The notes below the pieces were generated by a model. It was not told the origin of the DNA. It saw only the letters and a program-made list of their open reading frames with translations, and did not search any database. A stretch of 64,000 bases of DNA from Macrostomum lignano (lineage: Eukaryota), in assembly GCA_002269645.1 (NCBI GenBank), contig NIVC01000494.1, positions 248,001-312,000 on the forward strand. Direction: 5' to 3'. The position numbers and the translations under genes are program-made. This document shows, in pieces, positions 11,613-24,906 of the stretch. Positions within the stretch are counted from its first letter, which is position 1. Each line of letters starts with the position of its first letter.

Positions 11613-12839
11613 CTCCAGCCATATTTATTCTAACTTAATAACTATTTTTATATAATGCGGATTCCTATTCTGTCAGAGTGAGTCGACATAAAATTTTGAT
11701 TTTTTTACAACGCAATTTTCGGTGTATTTTATTTGTTAATAAATATCGTGCATAGTTTTTGATCTAGTTCAATATAAGGTGCCAATGTCTATTATTAGTA
11801 ATCAATTTTCCACTCCTTATAATTAAATTTTACTAACGCCTTTTAACACTTCTAAGAATAAATTTTTCCTGCACTTTAACGGCATTCTTGTTTAGTTAGA
11901 CAAACTTACGTAATCGATGGAAAAAAGGTTTTTTACGCTCGTATAACCCATACTAGAAAATATAACGGTGATGAATTTTAATTAAAGAGTTTGTGACATT
12001 TTTTATTTGTGATTTTATAGGGCCAACCACCAAACATAGAGGCTTCTATGTTAATTTTTATTCTACGTAAAAATTGCACATGTCCTGTGCTTAAAAACTA
12101 TTAAAATGGCACGGCTCAGCTCATTGGTTTTATGAATCTATTTTATCATCCATCATCCAATATACTAAAAATGGTCTGTCGGTATGTGTGTGTGTGTATG
12201 TGTGTGTGTGTGATCGATTTTAGCAAAAACGGCTCAACCGATTTTCTTCGAACTTGCACTGTTCGATCAGAAATTTTCCCGTGACAGTACATGCATCGTG
12301 GCTAAGAAATTGCTTGATGCTAAAGGGATTAAATATTCGAAAAACATGCTTTTTTGCAAAGGTCAAGCAGCTCTTTCGACTTGAAATGCATCGTAAGAAT
12401 GCTAGCAGAAAAACTGACTGGTTGAATTCTGATTCTGAAATAGATTGCATCACAATACACTTTATTTATCGTCTGTGTACTGGCTGAATTTGACACTCAA
12501 TTGAATTGCGTCACAGCTTTGAGTGTGAAAGCATAGCGCAGTACTGAATTTATATTACGTAACCATATTGTAAACTTTCATAGACACTGGTACTGACTTG
12601 CCTAAGAAATTGATTATGTCATAACTGCTTCGTGAGACTTTTTACTCTACCTGACTTGGTGTGAGTGTTGAATTATATAAGTGGTACAACATCACTGATA
12701 ACTTCGATGAGAGCTAGCCTAGAGCTGAACAGACCAGACTGCTAATGCAGCGACCTAGGTTCGAATCTAAGTAGTTTAAAAGTAGTAGTGTAAAATTTTT
12801 TATTAAAAGGTTTTATTAAAGGACTAAATAAAAACACTT

Positions 12840-13600
12840 AGATTACTGCACTCGATAAGCCAAGGATTATTGCTATTAATAAACCAAGGACTACTGCACT
12901 CGATAAACCAAGGACTATTGCTCTTGGCAAACCAAAGATTACTGCACTTGATTAATCAATGATTATTGCTATTAATAAACCAAGGATTACGGCACTTGGA
13001 AAACCAAGGATTACTGCACTCGATAAACCAAGGACTATTGCTCTTGGCAAACCAAGGATTACTGCACTCAAGAAGCCAAGAATTATTGCACTTGGAAAAC
13101 CAAGGATTAATGCACTCGATAAACCAAGGACTATTGCTCTTGGCAAACCAAGGATTACTGCACTCAAGAAGCCAAGGATTATTGCTATTAATAAACCAAG
13201 GATTACTGCACTTGGAAAACCAAGGATTACTGCACTCGATAAACCAGGGACTATTGCTCTTGGCAAACCAAGGATTACTGCACTCAAGAAGCCAAGGATT
13301 ATTGCACTTGGAAAACCAAGGATTACTGCACTCGATAAACCAAGGACTATTGCACTTGATAGGCCAAAGATTACTGCGCTTGATAAACCAAGGATTATTG
13401 CACTTGATAAACCAAGGATTATTGCACTTGATAAGCCGAGGATTACTGCGCTTGATAAACCAAGGATTATTGCACTTGATAAACAAAGGATTATTGCACT
13501 TGATAAACCAAGGATTATTGCACTTGATTAATCAAGGATTATTGCTATTAATAAACCAAGGATTATTGCACTAGCTGAGAAGCTGATTACTGCGCTGTCT
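12840..13600. repeat. 24-bp minisatellite (aaaccaaggattattgcacttgat) with higher-order variants
   Basis: Tandem array; source of the spurious KPRIIALD ORFs. Confidence 0.93.
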
Positions 13601-14550
13601 AAAAAAGAGATTATTGCGCTCGCTGAGACGTGGATTGTTGCACAACCTGAGAAAGCGATTATTGCATTAGCGGAAGTAACATTTGCACTAGCTACTTGCT
13701 GTCTCGTGGATGCTTGCTCTCGAGGGGGGATACTTGCTATTTGGGAGAGGGGGTACTGGCTACATGCATGGGATTCTTTCTATCCAGGGATGCTTGCTAT
13801 TCAGGGATTCTTGCTATCTGCAGGATGCTTGCTATTTAGGGATTCTTGCTATCTGCAGGATGCTTGCTATCTGGGTGGATGCTTCTATAATATCTGGGGG
13901 GTGCTTGCTATCTGCAGGATGCTTTTATAATATCTGGGGGTGCTTGATATCTGCAGAATGCTTGCTATCTGAGTGGATGCTTGCTATCTGGGTGGATGCT
14001 TCTATAATATCTGGGGGGTGCTTGCTAATCTGCAGATGCTTGCTATCTGTGGTGATTCTTGCTATGAGCATTAGAGGATGCTTGCTATCTGCGATTGTTC
14101 ACTTTTGGAGGGGGTTGCTTGCTGTCTTGGAAATATTTTCTATTCAGGGAAACGATATTTTGTTGACTGTTTGTTAATTTTAGTGAAAAAGTGATTTTTT
14201 AATTTTGCAAACATCTTAGTCCGTGACAATTTTACACGAATAAGGTGATTTTTAAAATGTGAAGAAGGAATTAGTGTTTAAGAAAATGTGTTTTTTTATT
14301 GTTTTCCATGAACTATTTTTGCTCCTTTCTTATTGGGCGCCCCGAAGGGGGGCCGCACTAGATTGCTAGTTCTTAGCTGACTGTGGGACAATATTTAAAA
14401 CAGAGATGATAATGCTTTTTTCAGCTCTCCGCAATTAAATCTGGTCGAACGCTGCACACTCTACTGACCAGTGCTAGTAGTAGTAGTATAATTAGTGCTA
14501 CTAGTCCGAGCTTTACCACCAGCGGCATCGTCAGTAGTTGCGGCAGCGGC

Positions 14551-14931
14551 ATGGGCAACAAGCAGAGCAGCGACGGCAAGTCCAATTTAACACCTTCCGA
14601 GTTCATCGTTGACACGGTGAAGCGCAACCCTGTAGTTGTGTTCAGCAAGACCACCTGTCCCCACTGCGTCCAGGTGAAGTCTCTGTTTGGCCAGCTGAAA
14701 GTGCCCGCTACTGTTATCGAACTGGACAAGCGTCAAGATGCTGACAAGCTTCATCCGGAGCTAATTAAACAGACCGGTGCCAGAACTGTGCCCCAGGTGT
14801 TCGTCTGCGGCCAACGCGTGGGCGGCGCCTCGGACACGATGTCCCTGCACAAGGCTGGCGGCCTCGAGGAGCTCATCGCCAAATGCTGGAAGCCGTCCAG
14901 GTGCGGCGAGTCCAAGTGCGATGGAGCCTGA
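14551..14931 (+). CDS. Dithiol class I glutaredoxin (GLRX2-like), 126 aa, single exon as seen
   Basis: VVVFSKTTCPHC active site, cis-Pro TVPQVF motif, GG motif. The N-terminus MGNKQS fits the MGxxxS myristoylation consensus. Confidence 0.9.
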   Translation: MGNKQSSDGKSNLTPSEFIVDTVKRNPVVVFSKTTCPHCVQVKSLFGQLKVPATVIELDKRQDADKLHPELIKQTGARTVPQVFVCGQRVGGASDTMSLHKAGGLEELIAKCWKPSRCGESKCDGA

Positions 14932-15049
14932 CATTATTATGGGATTGGACTGACTCGTATAGATGGAACTGCAGCATCTGATTCGTTGAGACTAGTCAAG
15001 CGCTTCTTTTAGTGGGATTATACGTGCGTAGATTGTCGGGAAGCTGAAC

Positions 15050-15315
15050 AACAAATGTGCAAATGTGTGAAAGTGCGCGTGTACTATTGTGTGAAGTTCG
15101 CGTGTTCTGTTGTGTGAAAGTGCGCGTGTTCTGTTGTGTGAAAGTTCGCGTGTACTATTGTGTGAAAGTTCGCGTGTTCTGTTGTGTGAAAGTGCGCGTG
15201 TACTTTTGTGTGAAAGTGCGCGTGTACTATTGTGTGAAAGTGCGCGTGTACCTTTGTGTGAAAGTGCGCATGTACTAGTGTGTAAAAGCGCGCGTGTACT
15301 TTTGTGTGATATGCG
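15050..15315. repeat. 24-bp minisatellite (gtgtgaaagtgcgcgtgtactatt)
   Basis: Tandem array. Confidence 0.9.
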
Positions 15316-16089
15316 CGTGTAGTTGCAAAAGCCGTGAATGTACTTCTGTTAAAAATGAGCGAAGTTCGTTTTTTGGAGGAAATTTCAACCAATCGCTTTC
15401 TGCTTTCACCTCAAGTGCTCAAATAGGTAAAGCAATTAACTAGTGCTTTTATTTGCTCGACAATATTTCAATATTTTTCATTGTCAACAGAAGAGTTTCT
15501 AAATACTATTTGTTTTTAACTGATCTGTGCTCACTGAGCTCAGTTACTCTTGAAATCAGCGGCAATGTCAATCATTGGCGCATATAAACATATCCTTATG
15601 TCAAATTGAACAGCGAACTTTGGTTGATTAAAATAGCTAATGAGTAATATAAAAATACACGGGCTGTCGTGGCGTTTGATATATTTTAATTGCCTATAAT
15701 TTCACGGCGGATTCTGCGTGTTTATCTTCTGGCTCTATTTTTATTATTATTGCTAAGGTGGAACTTTGTAAATTGTTTATTTTCTAGAAGTTTCTAACGG
15801 CTACCAGAAGGTTACTGAAGTTGTTTAATCTTCGCTGGCTACTGGTCTAATTTATGATTATTCTACTTGACTCTGCTTTTGGACGTTCGCTTGCATTTTT
15901 GGCAGAAGTGTTGCCTGCATCCGCTTCTCGGCTTCAGTTCGCCATGCGGGCTTCGTAGATGAAGATTGCTATTACCAGAGTCTATCGCTTTGTCCGGCAT
16001 CATCTAGCTGGCAATTTGACAGCCCGGATTTTAAATTTACCCCCAGTTGTCACACTGCACGTATCATGTGCGTTGCCTTTACATTCCGA

Positions 16090-18765
16090 TGTGCCAGCCT
16101 CTTAGATCCTCAGTTGCTGAGCTGCCAGTCTCCCAGATCCTCAGTTGCTGAGCTGCCAGCCTCCCAGATCCTCAGTTGCTGGGCTGCCAGCCTCCCAGAT
16201 CCTCAGTTGCTGGGCTGCCAGCCTCCCAGATCCTCAGTTGCTGAGCTGCCAGCCTCCCAGATCCTCAGTTGCTGAGCTGCCAGCCTCCCAGATCCTCAGT
16301 TGCTGAGCTGCCAGCCTTTGAGATCCTCAGTTGCTGGGCTGCCAGCCTCCCAGATCCTCAGTTGCTGGACTGCCAGCCTCCCATATCCTCAGTTGCTTGG
16401 CTTCCAGCCTCCCAAATCCTCAGTTGCTGAGCTGCCAGCCTCCCAGATCCTCAGTTGCTGAGCTGCCAGCCTCCCAGATCCTCAGTTGCTGAGCTGCCAG
16501 CCTCCCAGATCCTCAGTTGCTGAGCTGCCAGCCTCCCAGATCCTCAGTTGCTGAGCTGCCAGCCTCCCAGATCCTCAGTTGCTGAGCTGCCAGCCTCTGA
16601 GATCCTCAGTTGCTGAGCTGCCAGCCTCAGAGATCCTCAGTTGCTGGGCTGCCAGCCTCCCAGATCCTCAGTTGCTGAGCTGCCAGCCTCCCAGATCCTC
16701 AGTTGCTGGGCTGCCAGCCTCCCAGATCCTCAGTTGCTGAGCTGCCAGCCTCCCAGATCCTCAGTTGCTGAGCTGCCAGCCTCCCAGATCCTCAGTTGCT
16801 GAGCTGCCAGCCTTTGAGATCCTCAGTTGCTGGGCTGCCAGCCTCCCAGATCCTCAGTTGCTGAGCTGCCAGCCTTTGAGATCCTCAGTTGCTGGGCTGC
16901 CAGCCTTTGAGATCCTCAGTTGCTGGGCTGCCAGCCTTTGAGATCCTCAGTTGCTGAGCTGCCAGCCTCCCAGATCCTCAGTTGCTGGGCTGCCAGCCTC
17001 CCAGATCCTCAGTTGCTGAGCTGCCAGCCTTTGAGATCCTCAGTTGCTGGGCTGCCAGCCTCTGAGATCCTCAGTTGCTGGGCTGCCAGCCTCTGAGATC
17101 CTCAGTTGCTGGGCTGCCAGCCTCCCAGATCCTCAGTTGCTGGGCCAGCCTCCCAGATCCTCAGTTGCTGGGCTGCCAGCCTCCCAGATCCTCAGTTGCT
17201 TGGCTGCCATCCTCCCAGATCCTCAGTTGCTGAGCCAGCCTCCCAGATCCTCAGTTGCTGAGCCAGCCTCCCAGATCCTCAGTTGCTGGGCTGCCAGCCT
17301 CCCAGATCCTCAGTTGCTTGGCTGCCATCCTCCCAGATCCTCAGTTGCTGAGCCAGCCTCCCAGATCCTCAGTTGCTGGGCCAGCCTCCCAGATCCTCAG
17401 TTGCTGGACCAGCCTCCCAGATCCTCAGTTGCTGGGCTGCCAGCCTCCCAGATCCTCAGTTGCTGAACCACCAGCCTCCCAGATCCTCAGTTGCTGGGCT
17501 GCCAGCCTCCCAGATCCTCAGTTGCTGAGCTGCCAGCCTCCCAGATCCTCAGTTGCTGGGCTGCCAGCCTCCCAGATCCTCAGTTGCTGGGCTGCCAGCC
17601 TCCCAGATCCTCAGTTGCTAGGCTGCCAGCCTCCCAGATCCTCAGTTGCTGGGCTGCCAGCCTCCCAGATCCTCAGTTGCTGGGCTGCCAGCCTCCCATA
17701 TCCTCAGTTGCTTGGCTTCCAGCCTCCCAGATCCTCAGTTGCTGAGCTGCCAGCCTCTGAGATCCTCAGTTGCTGGGCTGCCAGCCTCCCAGATCCTCAG
17801 TTGCTGAGCTGCCAGCCTCCCAGATCCTCAGTTGCTGAGCTGCCAGCCTCCCAGATCCTCAGTTGCTGAGCTGCCAGCCTCCCAGATCCTCAGTTGCTGA
17901 GCTGCCAGCCTCTGAGATCCTCAGTTGCTGAGCTGCCAGCCTCCCAGATCCTCAGTTGCTGAGCTGCCAGCCTCTGAGATCCTCAGTTGCTGGGCTGCCA
18001 GCCTCCCAGATCCTCAGTTGCTGAGCTGCCAGCCTCCCAGATCCTCAGTTGCTGGGCTGCCAGCCTCCCAGATCCTCAGTTGCTGAGCTGCCAGCCTCCC
18101 AGATCCTCAGTTGCTGAGCTGCCAGCCTCCCAGATCCTCAGTTGCTGAGCTGCCAGCCTCTGAGATCCTCAGTTGCTGGGCTGCCAGCCTCCCAGATCCT
18201 CAGTTGCTGAGCTGCCAGCCTTTGAGATCCTCAGTTGCTGGGCTGCCAGCCTCTGAGATCCTCAGTTGCTGGGCTGCCAGCCTCCCAGATCCTCAGTTGC
18301 TGGGCTGCCAGCCTCCCAGATCCTTAGTTGCTGAGCTGCCAGCCTTTGAGATCCTCAGTTGCTATGCTGCCAGCCTCTGAGATCCTCAGTTGCTGGGCTG
18401 CCAGCCTCCCAGATCCTCAGTTGCTGGGCCAGCCTCCCAGATCCTCAGTTGCTGGGCTGCCAGCCTCCCAGATCCTCAGTTGCTTGGCTGCCATCCTCCC
18501 AGATCCTCAGTTGCTGAGCCAGCCTCCCAGATCCTCAGTTGCTGGGCCAGCCTCCCAGATCCTCAGTTGCTGGGCCAGCCTCCCAGATCCTCAGTTGCTA
18601 GGCTGCCAGCCTCCCAGATCCTCAGTTGCTTGGCTGCCAGCCTCCCAGATCCTCAGTTGCTGAGCCAGTCTCCCAGATCCTCAGTTGCTGAGCCAGCCTC
18701 CCAGATCCTCAGTTGCTGGGCCAGCCTCCCAGATCCTCAGTTGCTGGGCTGCCGGCCTCCCAGAT
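16090..18765. repeat. ~2.7-kb array of a 31-bp unit (cagcctcccagatcctcagttgctgagctgc) with 27-bp deletion variants
   Basis: Long homogeneous tandem array; all ORFs here are repeat artefacts. Confidence 0.97.
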
Positions 18766-19469
18766 CGTCAAGTTTGGCACCTAGCCTATAGCGTGTTTAC
18801 GCAAATCCATCAGCTTCCAACTGTAATAAGTTACCCAACTGATCCATCACAGTCAGGTGCATAATCGTGACGAATTTCCTTCTGCAAGGCGCACCTGTGC
18901 CGGATGTTGTTACAGCCGTCAAGTTTTTGGACCGGAAAGGGCCGAGATAAATATCGAGGTTGGGGCTGCACGGGTTTCCTCGCGTAGCCATGCGGCTTCA
19001 TCGGCTGTGTTGTGTTATTTGGATAGGTACAATATGATTTACTTTGCGCGTCGCCTAGGCCTGTGCTTGACGGGGTAATTGTATTAATTATACAGTATAA
19101 TAATAACATCAGGTATATTTTAACACAGCACAGAAGTTGAACAACTTTTGGAAGCCAAGGACTACTGAACTAACTAACGTGAACTACCCGCGAAAATCTA
19201 GCTATCTTTTTTTAAAGAAAACATTTCTTATGACAGCGCAGCCTTGTATTTGCAACTGTGGGTTTAAATTGAATTTGTCATAATCCGAAGATTTAATACT
19301 GATCGCAATACTGTGTGCTTCGAATGCCGTTAGGAATATGGCATTAATGCATTGGTCTTAAAATTGTAACTTAATTAGCTTTGGTGGACTTTACATACGC
19401 ACACGTGTACGCTTTCAAATGTATTGATATCGATGGAGATTGCAGCTTCCACTAAAAAGTCAAGGGGAA

Positions 19470-20102
19470 TTACATTCAAGGATAGCAGCTCCCACTGAAG
19501 GCCAGGGGAATTATTGTACATGTACATGCAGAGATAGTATTTCCAACTGAAGGTCAAGAAGGGGAATTACATGCAGGGGATAGCAGTTCCAACTGAAGGT
19601 CAATGGGAATTACATGCAGGGGATAGCAGTTCCAACTGAAGGTCAATGGGAATTACATGCAGGGGATAGCAGTTCCAACTGAAGGTCAAGGGAATTACAT
19701 GCAGGGGATAGCAGTTCCATCTGAAGGTCAATGGGAATTACATGCAGGGGATAGCAGTTCCAACTGAAGGTCAAGGGGAATTACATGCAGGGGATAGCAG
19801 TTCCAACTGAAGGTCAATGGGAATTACATGCAGGGGATAGCAGTTTCATCTGAAGGTCAATGGGAATTACATGCAGGGGATAGCAGTTCCAACTGAAGGT
19901 CAAGGGGAATTACATGCAGGGGATAGCAGTTCCAACTGAAGGTCAATGGGAATTACATGCAGGGATAGCAGTTCCAACTGAAGGTCAATGGGAATTACAT
20001 GCAGGGATAGCAGTTCCAACTGAAGGTCAAGGGGAATTACATGCAGGGGATAGCAGTTCCAACTGAAGGTCAAGGGGAATTACATGCAGGGGATAGCAGT
20101 TC
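19470..20102. repeat. ~43-bp minisatellite (gggaattacatgcaggggatagcagttccaactgaaggtcaat)
   Basis: Tandem array. Confidence 0.93.
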
Positions 20103-20679
20103 TCTGGAAATAATACGAGTCAAATTGCCTTTGCCTGCAGCAGAAAATGAACATCCCCCCCCCTAGCAACACATTCCCACTGCTTCATGCTTGACTGTTG
20201 GCTTCAGCTGGCTGGCATTTTTAAAGGAATTGTTTAGCAGGCGCCTCGTACGTGTAGCGTTTTCATGGTTGACCAAAACATTTAATCCTAGCATTTGGTC
20301 TCGTCTTTAAACACAAGACTTCTCCAAAAGTTAACACCTGGTTTGCTGCAGATACCAGTTTATATTACATTCAAACCTCCAATAAACGAAAATATTGCTC
20401 AATTTTTGTTTCAGTCGCTTGTTTCGTTCTTTAGTTATCGATTTTTTTCTAAAAATGGTTGTTAGGGGTGAACCTAATTAATTGCATGCATCTGTACATC
20501 ATAATTAATTTTTCCAAAAAGCAGGTAAATATTTTACTCATCCTGTTGACTCATCCGTTTATGAACTTTTTTTAAATTTGAGGCCAGCAATTATATCATA
20601 TTTATAAATATTACTACATACAATATACTATTTATATACTTTACGAGCTACTGTGTACTTAAACATCTTCTTTATAACT

Positions 20680-20851
20680 TGAGACTGAGCCAGATAGAGA
20701 ATCTCGCGCATGACTGCGGGCCGGACGAAAGAGACAGGAAAGTGAATAGGAGAGAAAAGAGAGAGAGGAGAGGAGAGAAGAGAGCTAAGAAGAGACAAGA
20801 AGAGGGCCGGATACAGAAGCTTCCGTGCAGGCCGGAGTTCGCCGACCCCTG
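20680..20851 (-). mobile_element. Truncated hAT-type MITE related to 33134-33346
   Basis: The minus strand starts CAGGGGTCGGCGAAC and shares a pyrimidine-rich interior and gattct.tatctggc with the 33.1-kb copy. The second TIR was not found. Confidence 0.5.
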
Positions 20852-21831
20852 CTCCACAAGCTGAGAGTATGATATGTAAAGGAATTAAAGCTGTCATGGC
20901 TAAAAATAGCACAAGAGCATTCAGCATATAGGTATAGTTGTGTTTTATTGTTTTAGCCGTGAGGGTACGCCCAAATACGATATTCACACGAGTGCAAGAA
21001 GCTACTTCAGCAACAATTGTATACTGTACACCCATGTGTACACATGCATGTACACTCTTTTCAAAATGCACTCTCTTCTCTTCTCTGCGTGAAAGGATTT
21101 TTGTGTTGCAGCGCTCTGAGAGCTGGCGCTTAAAACAATTGAAGAGTGAAGAGTGAATTATACTCGTACATGTATATGTGCTGATGCTCGTACCTAATAA
21201 CATAGCTCACTTCCAGCCAATATCAGTTATTGAAAAGCGGAAGTTCCTTGTTTTCTGAAAGTTCCTTCTTTGAGTTTTTTTAGAACATTCACAAATACAT
21301 ACTGAACAGTCGTTTGGAGTGTATTGATTTGATTGGATTTGCAATTTTGTGAACGAATTTTTACACTTCTCACACGAATTCTTGAGTTTCTGCTTACCGT
21401 GGTGAGTAACTCTTAATAATGGTAGAATTACCACTATTCACATAGATTTGGGAAGTGTCATAACTCCGATACCCCAAAACCAAAATATCTTTACGGTATT
21501 ATGATATTTCGGGCTTGTGATATTTCAGGTTTTTGGCATTTCGGAATTGTGATATTTCATGATTGTGATATTTAAGGTTTGTGATATTCGGGTTTGTGAT
21601 ATTTCGGGTTTGTGATATTTCGGGATTGTGATATTTCGGGTTTGTGATACTGCTGGTTATGAATAGGAAGTGCCTTAATTTCGGTGATGAGGTCTATTTT
21701 AATGATTTGTGGTCGGCCGCTAAGAGAGGGTTAGGGCCGCTACACTCATTGGATTGATATTTTTTGTTAGCAACTTAATTTGAACTGAAAAATGAATTCA
21801 ATTTCACTACATGCTAATGATACAATTAATC

Positions 21832-22115
21832 ATAATAATAATTGACTACACCTGCCCAAATTGGGCCAGATGTGCAACCGACAGCTCAGCCGCAGCTATT
21901 GCGCGGCGCATCTGAAGGCTGCGTACGGCTGTTCAGTCCAAGGACTGGGGGTCGCCACACACCCTCAATTACCCCAGCTAATGCTGGTATACATTTTACA
22001 GCTGGGTAAAATGAAGCAATGCAAAGTTAACTGTCTTGCTCAAAGACACAAATTGTTCCCGTGGGATCGGGAATCGAACCCCGACCTTCAAGTCGTAAGT
22101 CTCTACTCTAACCTA
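21832..22115 (-). mobile_element. tRNA-derived SINE copy
   Basis: B-box ggttcgattcc on the minus strand; body nearly identical to 61066-61344. Confidence 0.8.
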
Positions 22116-23326
22116 ACCCTACAACAAAAACTGCATGCGGCAAATTGATGGGGGCGGGCAGTTTACAAGCTGGAAACTTTAAAATGAGAATTTATCGTCT
22201 TAGAATTTAGCAACAATAATTTTTTCGACATTGTGAAGTTTCGAGTTTGTCAAATTTCTATCTTTTTAAGTCTTACTGTCTTCGAGGAGGTGATATTTCG
22301 AGATTGTAAAAACCCATCATTAACCCTAACCCTATAACATGCAATAGCGTTGGCAGTCAAATAGGCACAAGTCAAGTGTTGGTCTCCTGGCTACACAAAA
22401 GCAGCAGCACAGAGATTCAAAATAAATTCCAATAAATTTCAGGCAACCGTTATTCGCCATTTTGTCACCGTGTGCATTGCTGTATGAAATTGGCAGCTCT
22501 TTCCTGCATCGCCTATTATTTACAGCTTTTGCAGCCTCGGGCAGTTAATTTCTAATTCAGTTTATATTTTATTTTAAGTTTTAAATCAATTAATATAAAC
22601 TATGAAAGCATCTAGCAGAAACTTGTGTTGTGCTAAATGTGTGACTTTTGAAAATGAACACACGGCGAACGAATGGCAGTCGTGTGCTGGTTTCAGCAGT
22701 GGCGTCTACCACTACCACGCGCGGGGGTGCAATTTAAAGATAAGCGCGTGCAATTATTTCAGCATTTTCAAAAACAATAAGAATTATTTCGCGTACGTAG
22801 GAGGCCCCAGCCCTCTCCGTTCCCTTCGCGCGGGCCCGGCTGCATGTCCACCCTCAAATCGTCATTTTCGTTTTTAAAAACAAACACGGCACCAAAAACG
22901 CCTCTATCTCCGCTCTCCGCTAATTACACTTGTCTTTTCTCTGCAGCTGGCACAGGGGGAGAGAGAGAGATAGTCAGCCAGGAGGAGCTCCGAGCTCTTA
23001 TCTGATTGGCTAGAAAACAGCACCCTTCCGCGCCCAGTTTTCCTTCCCTCTGGACTATCTGGAGGGCGCGCAGGCCTGTGAGTGTGTTGTGTGTGTACAC
23101 GCACGTATAAATAGCTCTTATCAGCAGCAGCGCCGGCGGGTGGCGAAGGTAATAGAGAACTACTAACCCTCCTTGTATACAAAAGGCGACTGCAGCGAGG
23201 GGGCGAGAAACAGAGAAAAAAGAACTAGTGTCCTAAAATAAAAAAAGGTTCTTAACAAGCAGTGTTACACCTGTAGACGCTATAGAGTAAATGCATTTTT
23301 CAGACATTGGAATCGGTCTACCTGAG

Positions 23327-24906
23327 ATGGGCAAGTGGCGTCAGCAGCACCAGTTCGGCCTGCCTTCTATGTACGCCAACCCGATGGCTCCCAGCCAGCA
23401 GCCAGTCTGCCTGCTGCCGCCGCCGCCGCCGCTGCTGCCCCGGCCTGGACTGCGGTCCTGCTACAACGACCAAGACGACGAGCAGCGCGAATATCAGGAG
23501 CAGCAACAACTAGACGAGCCGTTGGACTATTCAATGAAATCTCTGGCCAGACAGCAGCCGCTGCCATCTCCTCCGCCACCGTCGTCGATGTCGGCGTCGC
23601 CGTTGTCGATGGGCAGCGGCTCGGCGCCGGAGGAAGCTCCACGAGGTGGTAGCGGCGGTGAGTTGTTGCACAGGCTGAGGCACACGGTGCTGCAGCGGGG
23701 TCACCAGCGATCGGCATTTAGCAATCTGGCCTTGTTGAAGCAGTCGCAAGCTTTGCCCATGCTGAAGGAGGCCGCGGCCAATTCATCGGCGGCAGCTAGC
23801 GGCGCATCGGCTGGGAAATCGGCGTCGCATCAGCAGCGACGGGGGACTGGGTCGATCGCGGACTCCGAAGCCGAGGCTAAGGCGGCTTATGCTGCCGATT
23901 GTATCAAGTCGCGACTTGGTGAGTGGCGAAGTCATGCTTTGGTTGTTTTTTTGGGCCACGGGTGGGTAGGTGCAGGGGCTTCAGTGGGCCGCCGCTCCCT
24001 GAGGAAGTTAGGGCGTGGTGAGTGCAGGGGTTTCAGTGAGCCGCCGCTCCCTGATTAAGTTATGGCGTGGTGGGTGCAGTGGTTTCAGTGAGCCGCCGCT
24101 CCACGAGGAAGTTTTGGGGGTGGTGGGTGAAGGGGTTTCAGTGGACCGCCGCTCCCCTAGGAAGTTTTGGGGTGGTGGGTGAAGGGGTTTCAGTGGGCCG
24201 CCGCTCCCCTAGGAGTTTTAGGGTGGTGGGTGAAGGGGTTTCAGTGGACCGCCGCTCGCCTAGGAAGTTTTGGGGTGGTGGGTGAAGGGGTTTCAGTGGA
24301 CCGCCGCTCCAGAGAAAGTAGGGTATTGGCGGTTTGGTATTCTGGACATTTAGGTTTCTTTGACTTCAAATTACTATGCTAATCGGTTTTCTTAAAACAC
24401 CCCCAATTCATATAGACGGTTGCGGCAAGCGGGTGCACTTATTCCTGGGCATTCTGCTCCACTTCGGTATGCCGCCCGGACCGCACGGCGAGACATTTTT
24501 CGACCGGGTGATTTCCTTCAGCGACGAGCACAAGAATCTGAGCGACAGTCCTACTGCCTATTTTATGGTACTCGATTCTAAACTGCTGGCCCTAATCTGG
24601 AGCAAGTTTAAGGGAAATTCTAGCAACGAATACAGCACTCTGACTAGGGCTATCAGGTAAGAAATTCAATCAATATTTATCAACCATCGAAGCAAATTAA
24701 ATTTTTAGAAAATTGAAATTTTATGACTTTTGAATCATTATCTGACTGTTTCCAGGAGCACCCGGCAGAAATACCGGGGCATATTTGAGTCAGTGAAGAA
24801 CCCTGGTAAAAAGCTTTACAAGTTCGGCCCAGTGGCGGTTGAGCAGTTCAGAAATCTGTTCCCGAGCAGCTACTCGAGTTCCGCTACTGAGGCGGCGAAC
24901 CAATGA
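23327..24906 (+). CDS. Divergent ETS-domain transcription factor; coding exons ~23327-23918, 24416-24656, 24756-24906
   Basis: Spliced product contains HLFLGILL...ISFSDE...FMVLDSKLLALIWSKFKGNSSNEYSTLTRAIR|STRQKYRGIFESVKNPGKKLYKFG, which aligns by eye with the ETS winged helix. GT-AG introns join in phase 1 and phase 2. An acceptor at 23303 suggests an upstream exon. N-terminal PLDYS (CtBP-motif-like). Confidence 0.7.

Noticed and set aside
12150-12720. Helitron-like 5' signature (tatactaaaa...tctgtc...aaaacggctcaaccgatttt); similar start at ~43470
   Set aside because: The 3' hairpin/CTAG end could not be identified; insufficient support without a repeat library.
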